Source of the DNA: Vitrella brassicaformis CCMP3155
Taxonomy: Eukaryota > Protista > Chromerida
Assembly: GCA_001179505.1 (NCBI GenBank)
Contig: CDMY01000158.1
Coordinates: 62,001 to 126,000 of the forward strand
Length of the DNA: 64,000 bases
Direction of reading: 5' to 3'
Shown here: in pieces, positions 25,501 to 38,846 of the stretch
How the letters are laid out: each line of letters starts with the position of its first letter
Numbering within the stretch: position 1 is the stretch's first letter
Notes under the pieces: model-generated
The model's database searches: none
The model's input: the letters and a program-made list of their open reading frames with translations, nothing else
Told to the model about the DNA's origin: nothing
Program-made: the position numbers and the translations under genes

Positions 25501-28500
25501 GAGAGGAAGGCCACCACTGCCACCGGCGGGCAGGGCGGCGCTAGGATGCGCGACAGGGCCGACAGCGACCGTCAGGCCGTCATGGTGGGTGTGCTGCAGA
25601 TGGTCATGACCGTGGTCATCAAGGTGGCCGACACGATGCGCACAGAGGGGCCCAGCGGTGGGGGTCCCGGCCGCATGAGCAGCAGCGAGTTCCACGCGAC
25701 AGAGAAGTTCGTCGCAGACCTGCTGGGGGCGCTGCATGGGTGCGTGCGGCAGTCGTCCAATGCTGCACTCATGGTGCTCAAGGCCCTCATGACGACTCAG
25801 GAGGTCAAGGCCAACCAGCTGGAGCCTCTCTTCAACAGCGCCGTGATCAAGCAGGCCCTCTACCGTCTCATCACCGAGTGCATCCGCAACTCACCGCCGT
25901 CCGACGAGAGTGAGGACGACCTCACGGCAGCATATGGCGGGGCCAGCCCCACCAACGACAGCATGAACACACAGCTCGTGATGCACTGCCTCCCCCCTCT
26001 CGTCACCATTCTCCCCGGCGGCGTCGGCGAAGAGGCCACAGAGCTCCTCAAGATCCCCCCACCGCCCCCTACTCCAGCGGCGCCCGACAACACCGCCGGC
26101 ACTTCTGGCGCCACACCCACACCGCTCCCTGCGGCCCAGCAGGCCCCCGCTGCCGCCGCGGCAGCCATCCCGAGCCCGGCGAGCAATGCGATGGTCCCTC
26201 AGGGCATGGCCATGGCCAACATCTACGCCGCCGGCCAGGTCAGCGACCCCTTCCCTCCCTCCCACCCCCAGTCATCCTACTTCGTCACGGCACGACCCAC
26301 AGGCGAGTTCGCGGCAGAGGTGGACGAGCGGACGCTGAGGATACACCGGGGCGAGGGGCTGGGCGGAGTGGTCCTGTGTCGGGCACCGCTGACCTTCACT
26401 GCTCTGTCAGTGGGCCCCCAGCAGCCCAACAACGTACTGACGTTCCGGCTGCAGAGTGCCGGCAGATTTGGTGTGACGGTGGCGCCTGCCAGTGCTGTGT
26501 TCGGCACGCCCTCTGAGGTCTTCGAGCGCAACGATGTGGTGGGCTTTCGCACACGCACCACGCCCAACTTCCGAGACGACTCCTTCGCCGCCCACGTGCT
26601 GTATGAGGTGGGCGACCTGCTCGACGTGCGGTTCGAGGTGGATCCTGGTGTGGGCACCATCCACAGCCAGTCGTGTCTGCGGACTGAGCTCATGATATCT
26701 GGGGAGTCCATCGGGTCCGTGCTGGAGGTGTACTTCGACGAGGCCACCCAGATGCAGGAGACACAGCGGATGAACCTGGTCTTCGTCTTCCAGGACCGCA
26801 TGACCATCGCCTACGAGGGACCTGACTTTAACCTCGAGCCGCCCGCAGGTTTCCAGCCGCCACAGCCGGTGGCCAACGGTGCCGGGCCTGCCAACGGCAC
26901 GGCACCACCCGCCGAGCCCCCCAACGATCAGAACTACCCTCAGTCGTTCTACCCATCCTACCCCCCCATGCAGCAGAGCGACGACGGGGGATGGCCGCCG
27001 CTGCCGTCGGGTCAGCCGGTCACCACCGGGGCACCAGGGATGCTGCCATCGATTCAGATGCCGGCCTACATGCCTGTGCCGTCGATGCTGGGTGGAGGGG
27101 GGATGAATGGGCTGGCCGCCGGGGGCTCGTCGGACTCGCTGGGAGGGGAGTCCTATGACGCATCGACGCCCGGTGCGATAGCGGCTCCCCCACTGGACGA
27201 CAAGGAGGCGTGGGAGCAGGGCAAGCCGCTGTTCGTCGAGGCGCTGCGGCTGTACCAGGCTCTGCTGCTGGCCGACGCCAACATGCTCGTGTCGCTCAAG
27301 CAGGAGGTGCTCATGGACCTCCGCCGAGGCGTCAGGGGGGCTGTGGCACTCATGGAGGGTTCGCCGATCCTCGAACAGCCACCCGCAGAGGCCAGGCCAG
27401 ACAGAGATGAGAGCCCCAGAGACGGCGCACTGCCGGAAGGATCCACAGAGCAAGCAGATTCGGCCGCTGCGAGCAGCGCCCACCTCGATGCCGAGAGGGA
27501 GCGAGAAGGCAGTGGTGATGAGGAGGGGGACAAGGAGGAGAGTCGCTGGTCTGTGGAGCTGAGCGATGCCGCCATCCTGGCCTGCCGGAAGGCCCTGTCT
27601 GTATTGGCGGTGATAGGGTGCGACATCACTGGGGAGGGCATGAAGGAGTCCATCCAGGAGAGCTCACCCCACCAGGACGCCTTTGGCCTGCCCTGGCTCA
27701 TGGGCCACTCGCCACTCAACCGCTGCGTGACGTACGGCCTCACCTCGTCCCAGTGCGAGATGCTCCTCAGCACCCTGGCTGAGCTCATCGCCGTCACGCC
27801 CATCCACGAGATCCTCCTGAGACTCGCCAAGTCCGGCCCTCTGCACCCCTATGGGCAGCGCGACCAGGACGTCAAGTCGATTCTGCTAGTGCTGGGCACC
27901 AAGGCCCTTCTGGCGTGTGCCCTCACGCTCCGGACGCTCATCAGCCTGCACCCCGACGGCAACTTCGCCCAGTTGCGTGTGCCGGGGATGGACGCCGTGC
28001 TGTACCACTGCACCACACTGACGAGCTTCGGCGAGAAGTTCCTGTTCATCAGCTCGGGCACCCACCCCGACCGCTACGACCTGCCGCCGCCGGGCGTGGA
28101 CACCGACGATGACGACCTGTCGGCACAGAAACACCCCCGGTCGCCCACGGGTGAGAGCTCCTGGGGCCGGCTGCTGGCTGGTGTCACCAAGCAGCCCAAG
28201 GCAGCCGAGGAGAGGAAGGATGACGAGAGCCCCGGCAAGAAGCAGCAGAGGAGTGGCCCCGGCCGACGCGACCCCCCTGGGGCCCCCTCGCCATCCCCCA
28301 GTGGGCCAGAGGGAGGACAGGCCACCACCGGACCGACAGACCACATCGACTGGCATTCTATCGGCGCCCTCTGCGGTATCCCCGCTGACGTCTTCGCGGC
28401 AGTGGGCACGCCAAAGACCACGGCCCAGCCGGTGATAGAGGTGACGGAGACCAGCGCACTGTGGCGGTGGATTCTGAAGCTGGTGCAGGGGTGGGCGGGG

Positions 28501-31500
28501 CTGCCCGACGGGCCGCAGGGGCCAGTCAAGCAGAAGGACGGCAGCCTCACCAACGACAGCCCCAATGTGACGTCCAAGGTCTTCAACCTCGACGGCTCGG
28601 CATCCTACTCGTCCAAGCGGCTCGCCACCCGGCTGATGGAGACGTCGGCCACCTGGGCCCTCAAGAAAGACGTCGTAGAGGTGCTGTGCGGCGTCGCTGC
28701 ACTGGTGCCAGACCAGTTCGTGCAGCGTCTGCATGACGGATACATCGCCAGGCGACCACCTGTAGCCAAGGATGACCAGCCCACGTCCTCTGCGGCTGCT
28801 GCTGCTGGTGCACCGCCGCCCAGCAGCCGTCCTGGTTCCCTGCTGTCCCCTCACGCGCTCAATGTGGTTCGGCTGTTCCGTTGCTGCATCTACTTCATCA
28901 GCCGTGAGAAGGACGACAATGTGCCCGACTACTGGCTGCCCTTCAAGCCCACCTTCGACTCGCCCCGGGTCAAGCAGCGTGTGTACAAGGAGCTGAACCG
29001 AGTGAGCGTCCTCAAAGACGAGCTGTATGGGTGGCAGCGGGTCTTCTACCTGGCCGTGGCCATGGCGGCCAACGGACAGGGCCCCGGGACGTACCCCCCA
29101 CACACAGCGGGTGGTGAGGATGCATCCCCCCCTCCCACCGCTGAGGACAGCATGGGGTTCAGGGATGCGCTGTTGGAGGTCATCCAGTCAGAGGTCCTCT
29201 ACCACCTCGTCGGGTCCGTTGCACAGGTCGTCTCATCCAAGCAGCGCACCGGCAAGTCCCCCAAGTACTGCGCCCTGTCGCCATCTGTCCACGTGGCCCA
29301 CTGGCTGCTGGACGCCTTCATCCGCCACCCCCTGGCGCCCGGTGGCATCCGCCGTCGCGTCGCCACCCCCGCCAGCTGGGCGGCGCTGTTTGCCCTGCTC
29401 GTGAATGGGTCTAACCTGCCCATGAAGCTGGCCATGGACGCGGCGCGGATTTCCAACTGGCTGGTGATGCTGCCGTCACACTCACCGCTGGCCGTCAAGG
29501 AGTGGGAGGGCGAAGGGGCCGGACAGGTGTTCGGCGGCCGCGACAACGCCGACACCATCACGTCCCTCGTGCCGTCGAGCGGCCTGGACTGCTCACCCAC
29601 AGCGCCGACCCAGCAGGCGGGGCAGGATTTCGGCTTCTTGGGTGCTGGATTCGCCGGGCAGGGGGTGCGTCTGAGCACCGGGCGGTCAGTGCGTTCTGGT
29701 TCGACGACGAGCAAGCGAGAGAAGGAGGCGCGAGAGCTGCTGCAGAGCATCATGAACTGCATCTGCTACTGCGCGACGTCGGCCACCGGTGCGATGGACA
29801 GCATGTACATGGGCCGGGCGGGCCTCGACTGCTTCTCCCTCTCGGAGCTGTACAAGGCCAACAACCGCCATCGCGTCAATGCGGCCCTCATTGTGCACTT
29901 CCTGTGCGCCGCTGGAGTGGTCATCACGCAGAACAACCCCCACCGGTCCCTCAACTGGCCCAATCTCGCCGGCAGCAATGCCTTCAGAGACCACCTCAAC
30001 CTCCTCAGCGTCGCCGCCGGCGTTTCCAACACCTCCAATGAGGTCAACCTCAACATGTTCGGACGCGGCAAGGACAGACGACGAAGCAGCACCGGCACTG
30101 ACGACTCACAGCAGGAGAGACCTCTTCCGTCGTCCGCATGGGGCCCAGGAGCGCCGCCAGTAACGATCCCCGAGGGCTCGCCTCTCAACCTGTCCCAGGC
30201 GTCGCTTCAGTTGCCGGCCGTGGGGATGCCCGCGGCCTCTCCGGTCTCCTCGTCGACCCTCCCGGCAATTGAAGGCCGGTCGCCCATTCCCCAGACTTTC
30301 ATGCGGACGTGCCTGTCCATCCCGGAGGAGACCGAGACGTCTGAGGTGTCGCCTGTCGAGATGACCATCGGGCGTGTCAAGGCCCCTGGGGCAGGGTATC
30401 TCATGCTGACGCTCTCCGACTGGATCAAGAAGGACGGCTCCGAGCCATCGCGGTCGGGCCCCTCACTGCCCAAGGACCTCTCCCCTGTGTCGAACCAGCT
30501 CTTCGATCGCCTCATCCGCCGTCCCAAGCTACTGGTTGCCGCTGACCGGCTGTTCAAGCATCTGCTGTTCGAGATCACCAGCCGCCCCACACCCCGGTGG
30601 ACTCTTCGACCTGACCTCATCGAGCAGGGCAGTGACCCCCAGCGCCGCCCGTCGACGGTCGACGTGGACCTGGATGAAGACAGACACGTGTGCACCATCA
30701 CGGTCGGCGGCAGGAGCAGCAGCCCCCCCTCCCCATCACACAAGGGGGCCGACCCCGCGGCCCAGCGCAGCGACAGCAGCTCCGCGTCAACGACCCTCGT
30801 CACCATCGAGGACTCCCTGCCGTGCGGCGCTTCCCACTCGGTGATTCGCCTCAAGACGCGCATTCGGGGTCTGGACAAGCCGGGCATCGCCTACCCCCGT
30901 GTGGGTATCCTCGACCTGGACTCGCACGACACACCACCCCCTACCAATGTGACGGATTGGAAAGACGCCCGTGGCAGCTGGTCGTTGGTGTTTGGGGAAG
31001 GACCGCCGAGGCTGGTGTCGACTGGTTCTTGCGACAAGCAGAGCCACAAGCTGTGCGGCGATGCTGCCGCCACCAGAGGCGGAGTCACACTCCCACCAAG
31101 GGCATTCGCGCAGGGAGTACAGGTCAGTGTCGAGAGGGAGGGCGGGTGGTTATCGCATCGGCCACTAGGACCTGATGGATACTGTACTTACTGTGTCTGC
31201 TTGTTCAGGTGGTGATGGCGATAGCTGGCAGGGCAGTGACGTGGGAGGTGAACGGCAAGATGGTCGCTGCCGCCACTCTGCCACTTCCCTGCAATCAGGT
31301 AAGTATCTACAGCGCAAGGCAAGACCACACCACCTGCCATCCCTCTGAAGCTTCATTTATGGCTGTTCGTTCGTGTCCCCTTTCCTTTCAGGTGCTTCCC
31401 GCTGTGTCCATATCGTCAGGAATGTCTGTGCTGCGCAACACCAGCTCGGAGATGACGGCCACATTCGAGCTCCAGCCCCTATGCCCCCCCTCAGCCATCT

Positions 31501-34500
31501 CATCCCTCTGCGACCTCTACTACAGATGGGAGCCCCTACTCACCGAACGGAAGCTCGAGTGGAACATCCATTTCCCCCCTCACCACACACCACGCGGCCC
31601 TACCCCACCCACACAGGGGCGGCCGGCTCAGCCTGCGACAGCCTCCTCGCCGGGTGGCTTCCTGCTGCCTGGGCCGCCGAGGCCGACCAAGTCTCTGTCT
31701 GGCGCGTCGGATCGTGTGATGCTAGAGGGGGTGGAGGTGGATGAAGGTGGGTCTGTTGTGCGTCTCAAGCCGAACCCACCACCCAAGAGCGATGCGCCTC
31801 CGCCGGCTGCCGAGAAAGGCAAGGAGAAGGGCAAGGGCAAAGACAAGAAGGGCGGCGACGCCAGCCCATCCAAGATGGGGTCGCAGGGGTCCATGTCGGA
31901 CGTCACGCAGCCCCCCGAGACGAGCGACGGGGGGCATCTGCCGGAGCTGGCTCTCTTCACTGTTGACCTGCGCATCCGCAGCGGCATCAGCCAGGCGGTG
32001 CCTTGCGAGATCCCCCCCGCCGCCGGCTTCAAGCCCTACGGCGCGCCCTTCAACTACCTCACACCTCAGGGCGCCATCCCCCTCGACCACCGACCCACCA
32101 CAGCCCCCATGCACATGCCTTTGTCCAGCGGCACCGCCTCCCCCCGCCCCTCACCCACCCCCTCATCTGTTTTCGGGCAACCTACAGGTGCGCTTCCGGC
32201 CGTCCCCGCCCCGTCCTCTCCCGATAGGCCGTCCACAGCGAGCTCTTCGCGACGATCTGGCGGCCGCGGCCTCCCGGCAGGCCCGCCGCAGAGACCTCCT
32301 GTTGCTCCGCATCCAGCCCACCCCGTCAGACCTCCGATGATGCCCGTCCCTGTCGTCCCCCATCCCCCACCCGTCCGCGCTAACATCTTCGGCGGCGCAT
32401 TTGGGGCGCCCCCGCCTCCAGTAGGCTTCCACCACCCCCCTCCATCTATATTCGGGGGAGGTATCTTCGGCGGCCCAGTGGCGCCACCTGCCAGCGAGCC
32501 ATCGTCGGGGTCGCCCTTCGTCTTCGGCGGCCGCAAGGCACCCACCAGCCCCATGCTGACTACTCCCGTTGCTGGCATGGATGCCGTCTTCCCCGCGCTG
32601 CCCTTCAAGTTCCAGGTCAAGATCAAGGGCGGCAGCGGGAAGGAACCTCCTCCTGCTTTCGGAGTGGTCTGGCAGCACTACCGGTGGCTGTGGCTCGCCA
32701 ATGGACGGCTGGTGTGTCCTCTCGACCCTCCCTTGCCGCAGAGCAGCCCACAGACGGCCATGACGAGCCCGCCGCGGGAGGTGATGGTCAAGGAGGGCAT
32801 TACCCCGTTCTTCGCCAACGACAGCCTCACGGTCGAGTTCCAGCCCTCGATGCCCGCCCTGCTCTTCTATAAACATGACGAGTACCAATTCGCCTTCCAC
32901 TTCGAGTACTTCTACAACCGTCCAGGCCCCAAGCAGCCCCGCCAATCGGCCTCGGTCAAGACGGAGCGCCACAAGCTCATGAACGAGCTCCACTCGGCCA
33001 TCACAAATCGCTCGGTCGACGCCATCAAGAAGGTCTTTGACCAGTGCCCGGATCTCCTTATGAGCCCGCCACAGCAGAGGGGAGAGGTGGAATTCACCTC
33101 GTACACCGAGACGCCGTCCGCCAGCCCAGCCGAGAAGAAGGACACACCATTGCGCCTCGCGGTGCGGCTGGGGCTAGAGGAGGTGACCAAGACGCTCATC
33201 GAGCACGGCGGAGCGGCCCCCAACGGCCCGGCGGCCAACCAGAAGAACGCCACTCCTCTGATGGAGGCCGCGCACTACGGACACGATCGCCTGGTGGCCC
33301 TCCTGGTGTGTGTGTATGGTGCCGACGTGAATCAGAAGGACCAGCAGGGGTGGACGGCGCTGCACCATGCGGTCAACTGGCAGAAAACGTCGACCGCCCT
33401 GCTCCTCCTGCGGCTGGGCGCCGACCCCACCATCAAGCATGGAGCGGACCTCACCCCGGCCGAGATGGCCAAATGCACCGAGGAGTGCAAGGACGTCCTC
33501 AACCTCTGGCAAGCCCTGCGCAGCGGCACCAAGCCCACCGGATGGGCCCCCATGGCATCAGCCACATCCCTTCGACCCCTGCGGTCAGCGCGTTGGTCAG
33601 GTCTCCTGGCCAACTGCTCCCCCGTGGTCGGTCTGCCGGCCATGCCAGCCGACGCATCATCGGATACTGCGCCGATCGAGGCCAAAGTGGAGGTGCTCGA
33701 AATCGACGGAGAGAGGGTTGGCCAGGCGGCCCTGGCCAAGCGCACTGACGGGCTGGAGGACGAGGACCGCTTGTCGGTCAGTGTCGCCGACAATGATGAA
33801 GACTCGTCTCAACCGCCAGAGGGCGACGCGCCGGAGGGCGCCAAAAAGAGGAGAGAGGGGACGAAAGATACCCAAGGGTCGGCTACAGCATCGTCAGCTC
33901 CCTTTGGCGATCCCTCAACACCCAGCGGAGGCAATATCTTCGGTTTCTCGGGTGCCTTCGGCAAGGTGCCAGCCGCGCCACCTGAGAAGGCGGGCGGCAG
34001 AGGTGGCGGCAGGAGGTCAAAGGGCGTCAGGAGCAAACGAGCCGGCCCCACAGTGAGTGGCGGTAGCGGTCCTCCGGGGGCGCCTCACGAAGGGCCATCC
34101 CTTGGCGGCGATCGGCCGGCGGCGCGAGGCATCGTGCCCGAGGACCTTGCTCACCGAGTGGGATGGGCAGGGACCAACATCATCACCAGCACGGCACTCC
34201 GGCAGCTGCTGTTGGAGCTGAGTGAGAACATGCGCAGGACCAACGTGATAGATGTCGACTGGGACGGGTGGAAGCGGAACCTCAATGAGGCGCAGACGCT
34301 GTCGGACTTTGCTGACGTCATGTGCCGGGCGGCCAAGGCCATGAGGGAGCCCAATGATGACCTGCCGCCGGAACGGGAGCAGTGGATCGACAGGTGACAC
34401 TCACTTATGCCACACGTCCCTCGGATGCAATGTCTCATTGTAAATATGGTCGGGTCGGTCATCTGTCTGTGTGTGTGTGCAGGACCCGGCGGTCCAAGTC

Positions 34501-36908
34501 TTTGGATCAGTTGGCGTATAGGTTGCTCGAGCTAGAGGCTGAGTTGCACCCCGACTTCATGCAGCAGCAGTGGCCCGGCCGACAGCGCGAGCACTGGATC
34601 AGACAAGTCAACGCCGAGCTGGGCCTCATCAAGGTCACGGGCACCGGCGGCATCGAGTGGACACCCGACGTGTCGCAGGCCATGGCGCCCCTCAAACAGG
34701 ACAGCGCCGGTATGGACCCCCTAGGCCCCACCGACCAGGGCGGCGCAGGACTATGGTCGGCCCCGCCTTCATCTCCCGAGTGGGAGGTCAAGATGATCGC
34801 CAAGTCGTGTCTGACCGAGGACGACCACGTGGTGTCGCTGTGGCACCCCGACTGGCCCTTCACCTACGACGAGCAGCTGCGGAAGCTCATGGACGTCTTG
34901 GGTGTGCAGAGCCAGCTGACGGCCTATGTGTGGTATGTGGGTGTCAAGGAGAGGGAGAGGGAGGCGGCGGCCAGGGGGCAGCCCGTGACGGGCAGGAAGC
35001 CCATGGAGGTGACGCTGCCCGACCGATCCACTGCTGTGTGGAGGAACGCAGACCTGTCGCCTGAGGAAGCTGAGGAGTCGGCCAAACAAATATTCAAAGC
35101 TGCTCTTGACCTGGTACCAGTCTGCACAGACAGCATTCACCAGCTGAGCTCACGTTCGTTGACCTACATTCATATACTGACTGCGTGTGGTGTCCTTTCA
35201 GTTGAGTCGCGTCCGTCGGCGTCTGTCCGAGCAGCCTTCCTTTCGACTCCTTCGCAGTGGCACATTCGACGCTCTGCCGTCACAGCGGGCGGGCCTGGCT
35301 GCCCTGCCCCTGGACAAGGAGGAGACGCTGCTCAAGACGCTGTTGGCGGGCCGGCTGACGCTCATCAGCCGCGTCAACGCCATGGCACAGGAGACGTTCC
35401 CCGTCATTTCGGCCATCTTCAACATACCCACGGCACACTACGACTACGACGGGCTCCTCACGCTGGGCCCCACACCCGACTTCTTCAGGGGCGACGCTGA
35501 GGTGCTGTGGTGCGCCGACTCCATCCCAATGACCAACAGCACGCAGCCGCAGGCAATCCCGCCGGTCGATTTAGATGAGGATGGCGGTCTGGATGAGGGC
35601 GGGGCGCAGGAGGGGGAGTACGACATTGACGAGGAGGGCTGTGAGGAGGGCGGCATGATGGAGGAGGGAGGCGCGCCGGCGAGGGGAGTGGAGGGGAGGA
35701 AGAGGGGCCTGGCGGACCTGTCGGTCCTCAAGAAACTGGTGCTCCAGATCGGCCCTTCGGACTTGCCCGTGCAGGTCTCCGTCTATGTGGCCTTGCGACC
35801 CCTGCTGCTGGTAAGGAAGAAGGAAAGGCTACTACCGACCTGACCCGCCCTGGCTGCTCTCGATCACACGTGTGTACGTGCCGCTCGTGTGTGCGTGTGG
35901 TGTGCAGCACCAGACCATCCAGTCGCTGTGGTCGTCGGGTCTGCAGAAGATGGGCACACCAGGAGGCGAGCGGTTCAGCATCAAGGTTGGTGACTCAGAA
36001 GACAACAAACACACAACACCACACCACAACACGTCTTACCCTTGGTGTGCTTGAATGCCTTCAGATCGACCGGGGCCGTGGCGCTACTGCTCGTGACATC
36101 ACAGACTCGGTGTGGTACCAGGCGGCCAACCAGATCTTGCCCCGGTCGTCAGCCAGCCTGCGGGGCAAGTCGGGCGACCGGCCCTTCATGGTGGTCTTCA
36201 GGGGCGAGGGCGCATCGGACTTTGGCGGGCCCTTCCAAGAGCTGCTCAGCTGGCTCAGCCGAGAGGTCATGGGCAAACTCGCACACGTCGATTCCGACGA
36301 AGTAAGAGAGAGATACATGGCCACGCTGGCAGGCAACAAATGGAGAGAGAGTGACCTGGCTGCGTCCTTTGTGTGTTCATTCGATTTAGCATTACCCCGA
36401 GTTCCACGTGTTTGTGCCGTGTCCCAACTCTGCCCACTCCATCGGCCCCAACCAGGACACGGTCATCCTGCACCCAGGCACATCACCCTACACACCAGAG
36501 CCAGCCTACAGGTGGGAGGGATGGCAGCGAGACCTCCCAGAACAAACCGACAACCCACCAACAGCGACAGCAGCAGACGACCTCCCCGTCGATGACGACC
36601 GCGACCTGCGCATGGCCCTGGAGCTTAGCGCGCGACCCATGGAGGACGATGGCCCCGGTCCCCCTCCGCCCCCCCAGCCACCGAGAGGCGCTGATCGGTC
36701 GTCGCTGCGGAGCGACAAGGACGATGAGGGCAAGGAGGGGGACGACGACACTCGCCAGGTGCTGCAGCGGGTCGTTATCGTCCGCACCAAGGGGCGGAGA
36801 GACGGTGAGAGAGCTTCGCTCGGCAGCCAGGCCAACGAGGTGGCGACGGGCATTGAGGACCAGACAGTGGAGAAGGTGCTGCAGCGCCAGATTGACAGCT
36901 GGCCATGA
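16509..36908 (+). CDS. Giant HERC1/2-like HECT E3 ubiquitin ligase (~6,200 aa up to the first stop) with SPRY-like, ankyrin, BPTF/WHIM-like and UIM modules
   Basis: About 19 exons join in phase from MMAKGASY at 16509, including exons of ~6.76 kb (24363-31122) and ~3 kb (31391-34393). HERC-like helices LLILSLHLGSLQQFL and VERALVACLLHL. HECT N-lobe signature FMVVFRGEGASDFGGPFQELL and FVPCPN. Confidence 0.8.
22796..22837 (+). repeat. Intronic tandem duplication of a 21-nt unit
   Basis: caatcaacactgcctgcctgt x2. Confidence 0.9.
32985..33475 (+). other. Ankyrin repeat domain (3-4 repeats) within the giant E3
   Basis: DTPLRLAVRLGLEEVTKTLIEHG, ATPLMEAAHYGHDRLVALLV..YGADVNQKDQQGWTALHHAV, LGADPTIK. 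Confidence 0.9.
36592..36640 (+). other. Ubiquitin-interacting motif (UIM)-like helix; second copy at ~37377-37424
   Basis: DDDRDLRMALELSARP matches the acidic-L-x-x-A-L-x-L-S UIM consensus. Confidence 0.65.
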
Positions 36909-37257
36909 CCGAGGGGGTCGACCAGTTCCTCTCGAGTGCGGCGCTGGAAGAGGCCACCGATGTGGCTGACGGGAGGGAGCCGACGACAAGCCCACTGATG
37001 GCTGCCTGGAAGCGCTCGCCGCTCTTAAAGAGCAGTGGCGTGGAAGGGCAGCCATAGATCGGTGGGCGGGGCTGACGGACAGTCAGCCCCTTCAGTGGTC
37101 AAGGCCCTTAAGGCCCCGCATGTCGACGCGCGGCCACACGTCGGCTCCCCCCAGCCCGCTACGGATAGTCGATCCGTCACCCAAGGCGCCCCCTCCACAG
37201 CAGCCGCGGCCACGGCACATCCATCCGTTGAGTTGACGGGCGTTAAGCACGCCGGCC

Positions 37258-37468
37258 TCCAGGCACATCATCCTACACACCAGAGCCAGCCTACAGGTGG
37301 GAGGGATGGCAACGAGACCTCCCAGAACAACCCGACAACCCCCCGACAGAGACAGCAGCAGACGACCTCCCCGTCGATGACGACCGCGACCTGCGCATGG
37401 CCCTGGAGCTCAGCGCGCGACCCATGGACGACGATGGCCCTGGTCCCCCCCCGCCCCCCCAGCCACCA
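37258..37468 (+). repeat. Diverged direct duplicate of ~36473-36683 (UIM-bearing segment)
   Basis: ccaggcacatca(c/t)cctacacaccagagccagcctacaggtgg...cccagccacc is shared, with scattered substitutions. Confidence 0.9.
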
Positions 37469-38006
37469 AGCTTCCGACGTCCGGCTGACGGGAATGGACC
37501 ACAACCACGGCAGCGATGATGAGCTCACGCCGTCTGTGCTGCCGCCCACGGAGAGCTCGAGCGACAACAAGACCGACAGGGAGGCGGCCTCCAAAGAGAA
37601 GGTGGATTGAAACCACACACAGCAGGGGCACAGAGAGACGCTCACGGACGGGTTGGTTCTTGTGTTGTGGATGGTGTGGTGCAGGACCATTCGAGTGTCA
37701 TCCGTGAGGTCTCGCAGCCACCTATGCTCTCCCCCACTCTCCCACCAGCACCGGCACCCACACCCACACCACTGGCACCAGCGGCAGATGCAGTTGCAGT
37801 TGCTCCAGCTGCTGCAGACAGAAGGAGAGTGACGATGAAGAACACTCCGCGGGCCCAACGAATGAGGCGAAAGAGGCGGCTCTGATGGGCAAGCTCCTAG
37901 GGCAGCTGATTGGCATCGGCGGCAACAAGAGCGACCCCAAGAAGGAGGGGAAGGAGGGCCCCTCTAGGTGGAGGCGAGGCGATTGGCTGTCTGTCTGGCT
38001 GACTCG

Positions 38007-38072
38007 GGCAAGTCATTCCTTCGGGAGTGCGTGCCTTCATCGGCAAGTCATTCCTTCGGGAGTGCGTGCCTT
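38007..38072 (+). repeat. Tandem duplication, 35-nt period
   Basis: ggcaagtcattccttcgggagtgcgtgcctt x2. Confidence 0.9.
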
Positions 38073-38352
38073 TAGAGTTCAGCTGGACGGCAGCCCTTCT
38101 TCGCCACCACTCCATCCATGGTAAGTGAAACACAGCACGCACAGAGAGACAGACAGAAAGACAGACCTCCCTGCATCTTGGATGAATGGACGGGTGCATC
38201 TGTCTGTCTGTGTGTGCGATGTGTTTATGAATGCGTTCAGGTCGCGTGTGACCCATCATGTCTACGACAGACACCCTGTGGCTCGGCCGCGACGGCAAGC
38301 CCAGCACCACTGAGCCCCCCTCTGGCGCCCAGACTCCCCTCGTCCACCGTGA

Positions 38353-38846
38353 CATCCCTCCGACCCCTGCGGTCAGCGCGTTGGTCAGGTCTCCTGGCCA
38401 ACTGCTCCCCCGTGGTCGGTCTGCCGGCCATGCCAGCCGACGCATCATCGGATGCTGCGCCGCCGCCGCCGCCGATCGAGGCCAAAGTGGAGGTGCTCGA
38501 AATCGACGGAGAGAGGGTTGGCCAGGCGGCCCTGGCCAAGCGCACTGACGGGCTGGAGGACGAGGACCCCTTGTCGGTGAGTGTCGCCGACAATGACGAA
38601 GACTCGTCTCAACCGCCAGAGGGCGACGCGCCGGAGGGCGCCGAAAAGAGGAGAGAGGGGACGAAAGATACACAAGGGTCGGCTGCGGCATCGTCAGCTC
38701 CCTTTGGCGATCCCTCCACCCAGCGGAGGCAACATCTTCGGTTTCTCGGGTGCGTTCGGCAAGGTGCCAGCCGCGCTACCTGAGAAGGCGGGCGGCAGAG
38801 GTGGCGGCAGGAGGTCCAAGGGCGTAAGGAGCAAACGAGCTGGCCC
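38353..38846 (+). repeat. Diverged direct duplicate of ~33564-34048
   Basis: Near-identical from acatccct..cgacccctgcggtcag to gagcaaacgagc..ggccc. The copy has a gccgcc expansion and a 2-nt deletion near 38717. Confidence 0.9.

Noticed and set aside
17000-36000. Numerous long antisense and alternate-frame ORFs in the ORF track
   Set aside because: Expected shadows of GC-rich coding sequence; no splice or motif support
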